From positions 1 to 64,000 of the IMG/VR virus record IMGVR_UViG_3300025112_000005: a DNA stretch of 64,000 nucleotides, one strand, 5' to 3'. Shown in pieces: positions 28,896-38,207 of this stretch (the stretch's first letter is position 1; every line of letters starts with the position of its first letter). Origin of the DNA: a virus. A program made the translations under genes and the position numbers. The notes beneath the pieces are model-generated. The model was not told where the DNA came from. It saw only the letters and a list, made by a program, of their open reading frames with translations, and did no database searches.

Positions 28896-30613
28896 GCATC
28901 GCGGCTCAGCTCCTCGCGACCCCCGAGGGGCGCCGAGGGCTGGCCGCGGGGTCCCCCGCTTTCTTCGACACGCTTTATTGCGGGATGCGGCAGGCGGCGC
29001 ACCGACGGCGCTGGCTGGACGTGGTCGAAGAGACGATGGTCACCGCGCGGCGGACCCGTCGGAAGGGGCGGCTGCTGCTGTTGGCCCCGCGTGACCACGG
29101 CAAGACCGAGCTGGCGATCAGCCTTGCGCTGCGGCAGGTGTGTTTGAACCGCGACGTGCGGATCTTGTGGATCAGCGAAGCGGCGGGCGTGGCAGAGAAG
29201 CGCGTGCGGCGCCTACGGTCGTTGCTTACGTCGGACAAGGTCGCGGAGGATTGGTGCAGCGCCCCGGAGGCGGGGCTGGGACCTTTCCGAGCGAACGACG
29301 AGAAATGGACAAACACCCAGCTCTACGTCACCCGCAAGCTGGCCAGCGTGGACCCCACGATCGAGGCGGTCGGCAGCGGCGGCGCAATCACGGGCGGTCA
29401 CTTTGATCTGATTCTGTGCGACGACCTGGAAGACGACCGGACGACGTACACGGAGGGCCAGCGCGAGAAGACGCGCACGTGGTGGGCGGGCACCGTGCTT
29501 CCAATGCTCAACCGCGGCGGAACGCTGGCGGTGATCGGGACGCGCAAGCACGCCGACGACCTATATGCCCGGCTGCGGAAGTCGCCATTGTGGCGCGTGA
29601 TCGAGGACCCCGCGATCCTGAAGTGGCCCGACGCGCACGAGGTTGAGACGGAGCCCGACCCGAAGACCGGGCAGGAGCTTGTCACCCGGATCCGCGTCGA
29701 GGGCGATTCTGAAGTGCTGTGGCCCGAGGAGCGCCCCATCGAGTACCTGCTGGGCGAGCGCTACGGCATGGGCTCGCTGTTCTTCGCCCGCGAGTTTCAG
29801 CACCAAGTGCAGGACGACAGCGCGGCGGCGTTCAAGTGGGAGTGGTTGGAGCTGGCGAAGAAGCGCGGGCGCGGGCTGCACCTGGGCCAGCTCCCGCCCG
29901 TGGAGGACCTTCTGCTGGTGCAGGGCTGGGACCTTGCGCTGGTGACCGACGAGGATCGAGCGCGCGCCCAGGACAGCGACTACGTGGTGGGCATCGGCTG
30001 GGGCAAGGACCCGAAGACGGGTGACCGCTACCTCGTGAGCGGGCTACGCAAGCGCGGCATGTCCCCCGGGCGCATCCGGGGCGAGGTCATGGGCGAATTC
30101 GAGGCGCTGGGCGGGCTGCGCAAGGTGCGTGCGGTTGGCGTCGAGCGGAACGCGTTCGGGGAGCTGCACTACATGGGGCTCAAGCGGACGACGGACCTAC
30201 CGATCAAGCCCCACATGACGACGGGGCCGAAGAAGGCCGACCCGTGGGAGGGCGTGCCCGCGCTGGCCACGCTCTTCGAGAACGGAAAGGTGGTGCTGCC
30301 CTACCACCCCGACGACCCCGAGGGGCGGGCGTTCGTGGACGTGCTGTGCGCGGAGCTGTGGGGGCTGGGGCGCGAGGCGCACGACGACACCGTCATGGCG
30401 CTGTGGATCGCGGAGTGCGTGCTGCGCGGCGCCGGCTTCCAATACCGCGTGGCGACGGGCGACGCGATCCACGAGATGGCGGGGACCGTGTACGACGAGC
30501 CCCCGATCAAGGCAGACGACAGGCGGTCCCAAGAGCTGTGGGACGGCATCGCGGGGATGTTCCCCGGAGCGGATTTCGGAGACGATGATGACGACGACGA
30601 AGCTGATCCGTAA
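28892..30613 (+). CDS. terL: Terminase large subunit
   Basis: APRDHGKT Walker A, ITGGHFDLILCDD Walker B, GTRKH, GWDLA RNase H-like nuclease, VERNAF, HDDTVMA; GTG start 28892. Confidence 0.95.
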   Translation: MSIAAQLLATPEGRRGLAAGSPAFFDTLYCGMRQAAHRRRWLDVVEETMVTARRTRRKGRLLLLAPRDHGKTELAISLALRQVCLNRDVRILWISEAAGVAEKRVRRLRSLLTSDKVAEDWCSAPEAGLGPFRANDEKWTNTQLYVTRKLASVDPTIEAVGSGGAITGGHFDLILCDDLEDDRTTYTEGQREKTRTWWAGTVLPMLNRGGTLAVIGTRKHADDLYARLRKSPLWRVIEDPAILKWPDAHEVETEPDPKTGQELVTRIRVEGDSEVLWPEERPIEYLLGERYGMGSLFFAREFQHQVQDDSAAAFKWEWLELAKKRGRGLHLGQLPPVEDLLLVQGWDLALVTDEDRARAQDSDYVVGIGWGKDPKTGDRYLVSGLRKRGMSPGRIRGEVMGEFEALGGLRKVRAVGVERNAFGELHYMGLKRTTDLPIKPHMTTGPKKADPWEGVPALATLFENGKVVLPYHPDDPEGRAFVDVLCAELWGLGREAHDDTVMALWIAECVLRGAGFQYRVATGDAIHEMAGTVYDEPPIKADDRRSQELWDGIAGMFPGADFGDDDDDDEADP

Positions 30614-30827
30614 CCGCGGGCTGGGGCCGACTCAACGCAAGGTGTTGGAGGCGCTGCGTTCCGAGGCGGTGTCATGGACCCGCGCGGAGCTGGAAGAGAT
30701 CACGGGGTGTACGATCCCGCAAGTACGCAGCGCGCTGAACGGGCTGCTACGCCGGGAGCTGGTGGCGCGCGCTCGCGACGGCGACCACAAGACAGCCCCT
30801 TGGGTCTGGTGGGCGCTCAGCGAGTAG
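30585..30827 (+). CDS. Small winged-helix DNA-binding protein
   Basis: TQRKVLEAL...TRAELEEITGCTIPQVRSALNGLLRRELV. Confidence 0.7.
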   Translation: MMTTTKLIRNRGLGPTQRKVLEALRSEAVSWTRAELEEITGCTIPQVRSALNGLLRRELVARARDGDHKTAPWVWWALSE

Positions 30828-30848
30828 CCGTGTAGGATGGGCGGCGGA

Positions 30849-33800
30849 ATGCTGACCTATGCCGAGCTGATCAAGGCGCACGCGGCGACCTACCATGGCA
30901 AGGGGCGCCGTACGGGTGTGCCGGGGCACTACAGCTACGACTACGACGAGCCCGCGCGGCGGGGCAGTGGGCGCGGCCAGCGCAAGCGGGAGGCGCTGGA
31001 GGCGGCGGGCCAGCTCTCGTTGCTGGGTCCAATGCAGCCAAGCGCGGCGCCCCCCGCCGCCCGTGAGGAGCCGAAGCCCGAGCGCCCCCAGCTCGCGCAC
31101 GACCACCCCGCGGTGAGTGAGCCCAGCGCGCGCATCACCCGGTACGACCTGAAGCAAGCGGCTGGCGTGCGCGCCGAGCTGGCGAAGATCGCGGACGAGC
31201 TGGAGAAGCTGCCCAACGGCGCAGACTGGCGACATGGCCGAGCGCGCGAGCTGGTTCGCGAAGTGGGCCGCGCCAGCACAAACGTCTTGCGGTGGGCGAT
31301 GAAGCTGGAGCTGTGGGACAAACCCGACCACGAGGGCGGGCTGGACGCATTGATGAGCGGGCTCAACCGCAGCAGCGTGCTGGAGGGCGGCCCCCAGGCG
31401 ACCGCGCGGCGCCTTCGGCGCATTCACAGAAAGCTGGCCGCGTCGGCGAAGCGTGGGACTGAGGACGTGTCCCACGAGGAGCGGCTGGAGACGCAGCAGG
31501 TGGGCGCCGTCCAGCTACAGGTCAGCAGGCACGAGGCAACGCCGGAGATGGCCCGTTCGCTCGCTCACGATCTGCGCGAAGCGCAGGGGCGCATGAAGCG
31601 CGCGGGGTTCCACGAGGCGTACAAAGGCGGGCGGGTCACCCTCAAGAAGCACGCGCGGGAGCACGAGGCGCGATACATGCGAAACGGCCGGTCAGCGGAC
31701 ACGGTCGAGTGGAACACCAATTCGCTGGGTACGCTGGGGGAGCACGAGGAGACAGTGGCGTCCATCGTCCACGAATTCGGACACCGGCACTACTACCGCA
31801 ACCTGCCCAGCCGCGCCGTTGAAGGGTGGGACGCCGAGTCTGCGCGCATGGTCAACGTGGCGCGCGAGGACGTGGACAAGCTGGCCGACTACACGGCGCG
31901 CTTCGCCAGCGACGCGCAGCGCGACGGGGCCACTTACAGCGAGAGGCTGGGGACGGAAAGCGCGTTCTCCGAACGGGTGCGTGCCCACATCACCAATGAC
32001 CCTGACCTGGACCCGGAGACCCGCGCGCTTTACACGGCGATGGTGGGGGTCGTGGGGGAAGACCTGGAAAGCAGGCTGACGACCACCTGGGCGCACCCCG
32101 GCGACCGCCAGCACGGGCTTGACGATGTGCGGAAAGAGATGCGCGAGAAGCTGGTGGGTGCGCATGTGCCCGTTCACTGGACAACGCAGTACGGGAGCAC
32201 CAAGCCAGAGGAGGCATACGCGGAGGCGTTCAAGCTCTACGTGATGCGAGGCCCCCGAGCCCTGGGTGAGCGCACCCGAAAGTTCTTCGAGCACATTAGC
32301 AGCCTGCGCAAGGCGCAAGGCGCGTTCTCAGCACCGCTGGACACCGTGATGGAGCACCGGAAACAGCTCCGCGCGGGGCGGTTGGTAGACGCGATGGATA
32401 AGGCGCTGGGGGTTTTCCGATGCAGGCGTGGCACGCCGAGGGGCTGGCGCTGCTTTGCGGATCTGGTGAAGGCATACACTGCGTATCGCGGGAAGGGCAC
32501 GCGCCACGGCTCCCCGGGGAGCTACACCTACACCTACGACGATGAGCCCAAGGCGAAGGCGAAGAAGAAGGGGCGCCACACGGTGCTCCCCACGTGGGAC
32601 GCCCCCGAGCGCATCGACCTGACTCTGGTGGGGTGCAGCAAGTCGAAGGTGGACCACGACGACCCCGTGGCCGTGCGGGACCTGTACCGCAAAGACCTGT
32701 GGAACAAGCGGCGGGGGTTCGCGGAGGCGCGCTCGCGCCACGGCACCCCCTGGGCGGTGGTCAGCGCCGGCTTGGGCATTGTGGACCCCGACACCCAGGC
32801 GACGCGCTACGACACCCAGGTAAAGGATTTGAAGGGCGACGCGCGGAGCGAGTGGGTGCGCAACACGCGCGAGAGCCTGCGGCAGAAGCTACCCCGCGGC
32901 GGGCGCCTGGAAGTGATCGCCGGGCGTGACTACGTGGCGATGCTGCGGGAGGCGGTCGAGGGGCTGGGCATCGAGCTGGTTAACCCGCTCAAGAGCGTGG
33001 GCACAGGCGACGGGAAGCACTGGCTGGCGGCGCAGACGGATCTGCTGAACAACAAGCCCGCGCCCCGGGAGCCTGAGCAGCTGCGCCCCGCGCAGCAGCA
33101 GCTCTCCCTGTTCGGCCCCGACGACTGGCCCAAGAAGCGCGCGGCGCCCACGCTCTCCGCGTACGCCGAACTGCGCCCCCTGCGAAAGAAGCACGCGGCG
33201 GCAGAGGGTGCGTGGAAGAGGGTGCTGGGGGCAGCGGAGCGGCTGCTGGTGGCGACGGACTACGCGGAGCCCCACACGGTCGAGACGACCCGAGGGACCT
33301 ACAAGTACAAGGGGGGCACCCATCGACCCCCCCAGGCGAGCGGGGGGCGGCTGGCGCCCGAGGTGACCCACCAGTTTGCAGGCGTGCTCCCGCAGGGGCG
33401 GCTTACGCCGGAGAAGCTACATGCGGGGAGGCTGGCGGCGGCGGAGACGATGGCGCGGACGATGAGCCTGGACGAGACCCCCGCGGGTGTTCCGCGCTGG
33501 TGGAAGGCCGAGCGGAAGAGGTTCGTGGACGCTGTGGCGGAGCTGCGCGGTGCGCGTGACACGTACACGTCGATCACGCGACTGTTCCCGGGGAAGCGCT
33601 TCGAGACCCCGAAGGTAGGCCGCGCCCTGGAGAAGATGGCCCTGGAACGCCGAGGGCTGGAGCGCGAGGCGGACGAACTAGACATCCCCCTGCGGCGGTA
33701 CTTCGCCAGCGGGTCCAACAACGCGGGGGAGATTCGCGGGTTTGCTGCGCTGGGCATGAACGTGGGCGTGGCGGTGGACCAGATCAACAGCGCGTCCCTG

Positions 33801-34799
33801 GAAGCGATCCGAGAGCTGCGTGGCAACGGAACCCAGGTGTTCGTGGACTCCGGCGCGTTCGGAGAGGTCAAGTTCAACGTGCCGAACAAGAAAGGCAAGC
33901 TGCCAAAGCCGGACCTGCCCATCGGCCCGTACACGGTGCGCCCCATCACACACGAGGACTGGACCACCCGACTGGCGCTCTACGACCGCATCGTGGACGC
34001 GGCGGGTGCCCAGGCGCACGTCGTCGCGCCGGACAAGATCGCCGACCAAGCGACGACGCTGGAGCGAATGCGGAAGTACGCGCCGGAGATGCAGGCGCTC
34101 CGCGAGAAGGGCGCCAACGTGCTCGCCCCGTTGCAGGGCGGCGGCGCTCTGACGCTGGCGCAGTTTGAGGACAAGGTGACCGAGGCGCTAGGCTTTGACG
34201 ACTACGTGCGGGCGATCCCGATGAAATCGAACGCCACGAGCCCCGAGGTCTTGGAGGCGTTTCTGGAGGAGCGACGCCCGAAGCGCATCCACCTGCTGGG
34301 CCTGGGGCCGAGCAGCGACGCGTTCCCCGCGATCAGGGAGATGATCCAGCGGGTCAGCCCCCATACGTCCGTTACGCTGGACAGCGTGGCAATCACGGCG
34401 GCCGTGGGTCGCCCCAAATCAAAGAAGACTGGGGAGCTGCTGGAGCCGCGCAAGCTGTCCCGGGCGACCGATTGGGTGAGACGAGAGATGAGCCCGCAAT
34501 ACGACAGAGACGCCGATTACACGGACCTGATTGGCGCCCCGAGCGAGTGGATGCCGCTGGCCCAACAGCAGCGCGTTGCGCGCGACCTGGATGCGATGGG
34601 GCACGACGGGGCTGCGTTCTTGCGCGACCCTGACGGGTGGCTCCAAGAGGACGAGGGGGACGGTGCCCCGCCGAACTACGAGCTGCCGGAGGTGGCGCAC
34701 CTAATGGATCAGGTGTGGGGCAACTGGTGGGAGGACCGGGACGAGCACACGGCGGCCGTCAAGCGCGCGGCCGTGATGGAAGCGTGGGCGGCATCGTGA
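30849..34799 (+). CDS. Giant modular protein 2: zincin peptidase + DUF6884-like + TGT/DpdA-like domain
   Basis: HEFGH...YG.T.PEEAYAEAF; LVGCSKSK...DLY...VVSAGLG...YD; FVDSGAF...APDKI...PLQGG...IHLLGLG...LDS; LIKA and LVKA each followed by a KGxRxGxPGxYxYxYD tag. Confidence 0.8.
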   Translation: MLTYAELIKAHAATYHGKGRRTGVPGHYSYDYDEPARRGSGRGQRKREALEAAGQLSLLGPMQPSAAPPAAREEPKPERPQLAHDHPAVSEPSARITRYDLKQAAGVRAELAKIADELEKLPNGADWRHGRARELVREVGRASTNVLRWAMKLELWDKPDHEGGLDALMSGLNRSSVLEGGPQATARRLRRIHRKLAASAKRGTEDVSHEERLETQQVGAVQLQVSRHEATPEMARSLAHDLREAQGRMKRAGFHEAYKGGRVTLKKHAREHEARYMRNGRSADTVEWNTNSLGTLGEHEETVASIVHEFGHRHYYRNLPSRAVEGWDAESARMVNVAREDVDKLADYTARFASDAQRDGATYSERLGTESAFSERVRAHITNDPDLDPETRALYTAMVGVVGEDLESRLTTTWAHPGDRQHGLDDVRKEMREKLVGAHVPVHWTTQYGSTKPEEAYAEAFKLYVMRGPRALGERTRKFFEHISSLRKAQGAFSAPLDTVMEHRKQLRAGRLVDAMDKALGVFRCRRGTPRGWRCFADLVKAYTAYRGKGTRHGSPGSYTYTYDDEPKAKAKKKGRHTVLPTWDAPERIDLTLVGCSKSKVDHDDPVAVRDLYRKDLWNKRRGFAEARSRHGTPWAVVSAGLGIVDPDTQATRYDTQVKDLKGDARSEWVRNTRESLRQKLPRGGRLEVIAGRDYVAMLREAVEGLGIELVNPLKSVGTGDGKHWLAAQTDLLNNKPAPREPEQLRPAQQQLSLFGPDDWPKKRAAPTLSAYAELRPLRKKHAAAEGAWKRVLGAAERLLVATDYAEPHTVETTRGTYKYKGGTHRPPQASGGRLAPEVTHQFAGVLPQGRLTPEKLHAGRLAAAETMARTMSLDETPAGVPRWWKAERKRFVDAVAELRGARDTYTSITRLFPGKRFETPKVGRALEKMALERRGLEREADELDIPLRRYFASGSNNAGEIRGFAALGMNVGVAVDQINSASLEAIRELRGNGTQVFVDSGAFGEVKFNVPNKKGKLPKPDLPIGPYTVRPITHEDWTTRLALYDRIVDAAGAQAHVVAPDKIADQATTLERMRKYAPEMQALREKGANVLAPLQGGGALTLAQFEDKVTEALGFDDYVRAIPMKSNATSPEVLEAFLEERRPKRIHLLGLGPSSDAFPAIREMIQRVSPHTSVTLDSVAITAAVGRPKSKKTGELLEPRKLSRATDWVRREMSPQYDRDADYTDLIGAPSEWMPLAQQQRVARDLDAMGHDGAAFLRDPDGWLQEDEGDGAPPNYELPEVAHLMDQVWGNWWEDRDEHTAAVKRAAVMEAWAAS

Positions 34800-35314
34800 A
34801 CGCCCTGGTGCCCCCGCAGGCGTGGCACGCCGAGGGGCTGGCGCTGCACGAGCGCATGAAGCTGATGCGCTATGAGCTGGCGCAGTGTGGCTGGCGCATC
34901 TGGAAGCGCCCGAAGTGGAGCACGCACGCGTTCAAGGGCACGTCTATGACGTTCCACCCGCTGCGGCTGATGGTGACCCGTGTGGGGGTCGACCTGGAAG
35001 ACGACGCCACCCCGCTCTCCGAGGCAACGCTGTTCGCGCACGAGATGGCGCACGTGCTCCAGGGCGCGGGCTCGCGCGTGCTCTGGACGCTTCGCTACCT
35101 GCTGTTCCCCGGCTTCCGGCGCGCGGTCGAAGAGGAGGCGTTCGCGCACGGGATGGCGCTCGCGCTTGCTGCGGGGCACACGGGCTGGCACTACAAGGAT
35201 CCGGCTGTGTTGCGGCCCCTGTACCTGTTGAAGCGTGACGAAAGCACCGCGGAGCGTGTACACCGTCGGGCGAGGGATCTGGTAGCATCCGGCGCAGGAG
35301 GTAGCACCCCATGA
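34796..35314 (+). CDS. Small HExxH zinc metallopeptidase-like protein
   Basis: LFAHEMAHVLQ...VEEEAF. Confidence 0.65.
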   Translation: MNALVPPQAWHAEGLALHERMKLMRYELAQCGWRIWKRPKWSTHAFKGTSMTFHPLRLMVTRVGVDLEDDATPLSEATLFAHEMAHVLQGAGSRVLWTLRYLLFPGFRRAVEEEAFAHGMALALAAGHTGWHYKDPAVLRPLYLLKRDESTAERVHRRARDLVASGAGGSTP

Positions 35315-35646
35315 GCACGTTCACGACCCGCAGCAAAGCTGCGGCCAACGTCGTCCCGCCCAACGCCGATGTGGTGGTGATGGGGAAGGCGGACCTGGGC
35401 TACCGCCCCGCGGACATGAACGCCTATTTTCAGATCCACGTCCGAGGACTGGACGCCGGGACGTATGATCTGGCGCTGTCGCTTGCCGACGACCTGGACA
35501 ACTTCCGCGACCACCAGACCAACGCAACCGAGAACGACTCCGTGATCGTGGACGGGCCGTTGGTCGAGGCGTTCCGGTTCACGTTCACCGGGCTGGGCGC
35601 GGGGGCGGCCCCGATCTGCTACGTGAAGGGCCAGCGGAAGGTCTAG
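35311..35646 (+). CDS. Small beta-rich virion structural protein (putative)
   Basis: GGAGG RBS, beta-sandwich-like composition, precedes fibre genes. Confidence 0.5.
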   Translation: MSTFTTRSKAAANVVPPNADVVVMGKADLGYRPADMNAYFQIHVRGLDAGTYDLALSLADDLDNFRDHQTNATENDSVIVDGPLVEAFRFTFTGLGAGAAPICYVKGQRKV

Positions 35647-35649
35647 CGG

Positions 35650-36051
35650 GTGGCCACCCTACGCGGCGAAGTAACCGGATCCGCGAACGCCAACAACGCG
35701 GCGCGGCTGGCCACGATCTGGGGGGACGGGGTTCTTGTCTACGACACGGACGATGACCGGCTCTACGTCGGCGACGGGGAGACCGCAGGCGGTAATCCGC
35801 TCGCTGAGGGCGGGACTACGCCCATCCCCGGGCACCCGCATTTGTTTCAAGGAGATGGGGCCACGACCGTTTTCACGCTACCGTGGACCCCGTTGACGGC
35901 TTCGGCCCGTGTGTGCCGAAACGGCTTGCAGATCGAGCGAAGCCCGACGCCTGGGGATAAGGACGAATTCCTGATCGCCGGTAACAAAATCACTTTCGGG
36001 GCTCCCCCCGGTACGCTGGACCGTCTTTCGGTCTCGGCGTGGACCCGCTAG
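35650..36051 (+). CDS. Fibre/decoration-associated protein
   Basis: GVLVYDTDDDRLYVGDGETAGG (Mtd-N/hyaluronidase-N-like motif) and GDGATTVFTLP...RNGL domain. Confidence 0.6.
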   Translation: MATLRGEVTGSANANNAARLATIWGDGVLVYDTDDDRLYVGDGETAGGNPLAEGGTTPIPGHPHLFQGDGATTVFTLPWTPLTASARVCRNGLQIERSPTPGDKDEFLIAGNKITFGAPPGTLDRLSVSAWTR

Positions 36052-36071
36052 AGCGAGAGGGAAAGCAGCAC

Positions 36072-38147
36072 ATGGCCATCAAGATCGCCAGCGACCAGAT
36101 TCAGGACAACGCCGTCCTGACTGCCGCGATCACCGACACCGCGGTCACCGCGGCGAAGCTCGCCAGCGGCGCCGCCGTCGCCAACGTCGGCACGGGCGGC
36201 ATCAGCTCCACGGAGCTGGGGTCCGACTCCGTGACGCAGGCCAAGATGGCCGACGACTCAGTGGGCACCGCGGAGATGATCGACGCCAACGTGACCGCCG
36301 CCAAGCTGGCGTCGGGCGCTGCCGTGTCCAACATCGGCGCGGGTGGCATCACCAGCAACGAGATGGGCTCCACGGCCAAGAACAGCGCGCTCGCGTCGAA
36401 GGCGTGGATGGAGGAGGTGGTCAGCGCCGACGAGTCGAACCCGTCCGCGTCGTCCGTCGACATCAAAACTTCGCTGAGCTTCGGCACCACCACGGGAGTG
36501 GGCGGCGCCACCATCGGCGCCACCGCGGGCATCCCGGTGCTGATCGAAGAGACGGGTGGCGCCGACTCCGGCGACTGGAACAACACGGACTCCCGCCCCG
36601 CTGCCATCGGCGGCGACGCGAAGCTCTACCGCTGCGAAGTCTTCAGCACCGCGGGTGAGGAGATCGTGGACGCGAACGAAAAGCGCGTCTGGGCGGTGAT
36701 CACGTGTGACGGCACCCGCCTGACCACCGACGCCTACACCCTGCGCTTCATGTCCGGCGAGTACGGATCCGGCAACGAGGGGGCGTACACGATGGCACAA
36801 GCGTTCTTCATCGTGTACCCCCAGGTGACCGACCTGTCGAACATGACCCTGGGCTCCAACCGCCTGGGCATCGTCTCGATCAGCAAGGAAGCCGCGGGCA
36901 TCGCCACCGGCCAGATCGGGACGGGGGAGCTGGCCCTCGACGCCGTGACCCAGGCGAAGATGGCCGACGACTCAGTGGGCACCGCGGAGATCCTGAACGC
37001 GAACGTGACCGCCGCCAAGCTGGCGTCGGGCGCGGCCGTCTCCAACATCGGCGCGGGTGGCATCACCAGCAACGAGCTGGGCACGGGCTCAGTGATCGCG
37101 GGCAAGATCGCGACGGGCGGCGTTTCGGCGGCGGCTCAGCTCGCCGCAAACGTGGTCGAGACCGCGAAGATCCTCGACGCCAACGTCACGGCGGCGAAGC
37201 TCGCCAGCGGCGCGGCCGTCTCCAACGTCGGCGCGGGCGGCATCACTAGCAACGAGCTGGCCACGGGTTCGGTGATCGCGGGCAAGATCGCGACGGGTGG
37301 CGTTTCGGCCGCGGCTCAGCTCGCCGCAAACGTGGTCGAGACCGCGAAGATCCTCGACGCCAACGTCACGGCGGCGAAGCTCGCCAGCGGCGCGGCCGTC
37401 TCCAACGTCGGCGCGGGCGGCATCACCAGCAACGAGCTGGCCGCGGGTTCGGTGACCGAGGCGAAGATGGGCAGCTTGCTGCTGTCCCAGATCCGCAACA
37501 CCGAGTCGGTTGGCCCGCTGGAGACCAAGCTCGGTGGCATTCTAGGCAGCGGCGCGGCGTCCCTCGCCGCGGAGACTGCGCTGGCCGTCTCCGAGAAGGC
37601 CGCGCCGGACATGAGCGTGGACGTGGCCGCGGGCACGTCGTTCAACGAGAACGGCGACCGCTTCGTGCTGACCACCCTCCAGAACGTCTCGGTGAGCGCG
37701 GCGCCCACGGCCGGCAACAGCCGGTACGACGTGGTGGTCATGTACGGTGACGAGCTGGTTACGATCCGTGCGGGCACCCCCGCCGCCACGGGCTCGCACA
37801 CCGAGCCGACCCTGACCACGGGCGACGTGAAGCTGGCCGTGGTCGACGTGGAGAACGGCGACACGACGATCGTGGATGCCAACATCTACGACCACCGTCG
37901 TCGTGCCAACTGCACCCGCGTGGCGGAGAAGTTCGCCCCGTCGGGCTCGGACGTGACACTGGCTTTCCGCACCCGCCGCGGCGACCCCCAGGTCTTCCGC
38001 AACGGTCTGCGCGGTGAGCAGGTCGCGGCGGCTGCGACCGATGCTGACCAGTACACCGTCGACCAGCTCCCCGAGCAGGACGCGACCATGATCACGTTCG
38101 GCGCGTCGGTCAGCGGGGACACCATCCTCGTGGACTACGAGGGCTGA
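36072..38147 (+). CDS. Fibre protein with VTAAKLA repeats
   Basis: Many NVTAAKLASGAAVSN repeats, including about 180-bp tandem units near 36985-37470; C-terminal MSVDVAAG...NSRYDVVV domain. Confidence 0.8.
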   Translation: MAIKIASDQIQDNAVLTAAITDTAVTAAKLASGAAVANVGTGGISSTELGSDSVTQAKMADDSVGTAEMIDANVTAAKLASGAAVSNIGAGGITSNEMGSTAKNSALASKAWMEEVVSADESNPSASSVDIKTSLSFGTTTGVGGATIGATAGIPVLIEETGGADSGDWNNTDSRPAAIGGDAKLYRCEVFSTAGEEIVDANEKRVWAVITCDGTRLTTDAYTLRFMSGEYGSGNEGAYTMAQAFFIVYPQVTDLSNMTLGSNRLGIVSISKEAAGIATGQIGTGELALDAVTQAKMADDSVGTAEILNANVTAAKLASGAAVSNIGAGGITSNELGTGSVIAGKIATGGVSAAAQLAANVVETAKILDANVTAAKLASGAAVSNVGAGGITSNELATGSVIAGKIATGGVSAAAQLAANVVETAKILDANVTAAKLASGAAVSNVGAGGITSNELAAGSVTEAKMGSLLLSQIRNTESVGPLETKLGGILGSGAASLAAETALAVSEKAAPDMSVDVAAGTSFNENGDRFVLTTLQNVSVSAAPTAGNSRYDVVVMYGDELVTIRAGTPAATGSHTEPTLTTGDVKLAVVDVENGDTTIVDANIYDHRRRANCTRVAEKFAPSGSDVTLAFRTRRGDPQVFRNGLRGEQVAAAATDADQYTVDQLPEQDATMITFGASVSGDTILVDYEG

Positions 38148-38207
38148 TCCGGGTCACCATCACCACGACCGGGGCTCGCCCCCCGGCACCAGCCTGGGGT
38201 CGAGTAA

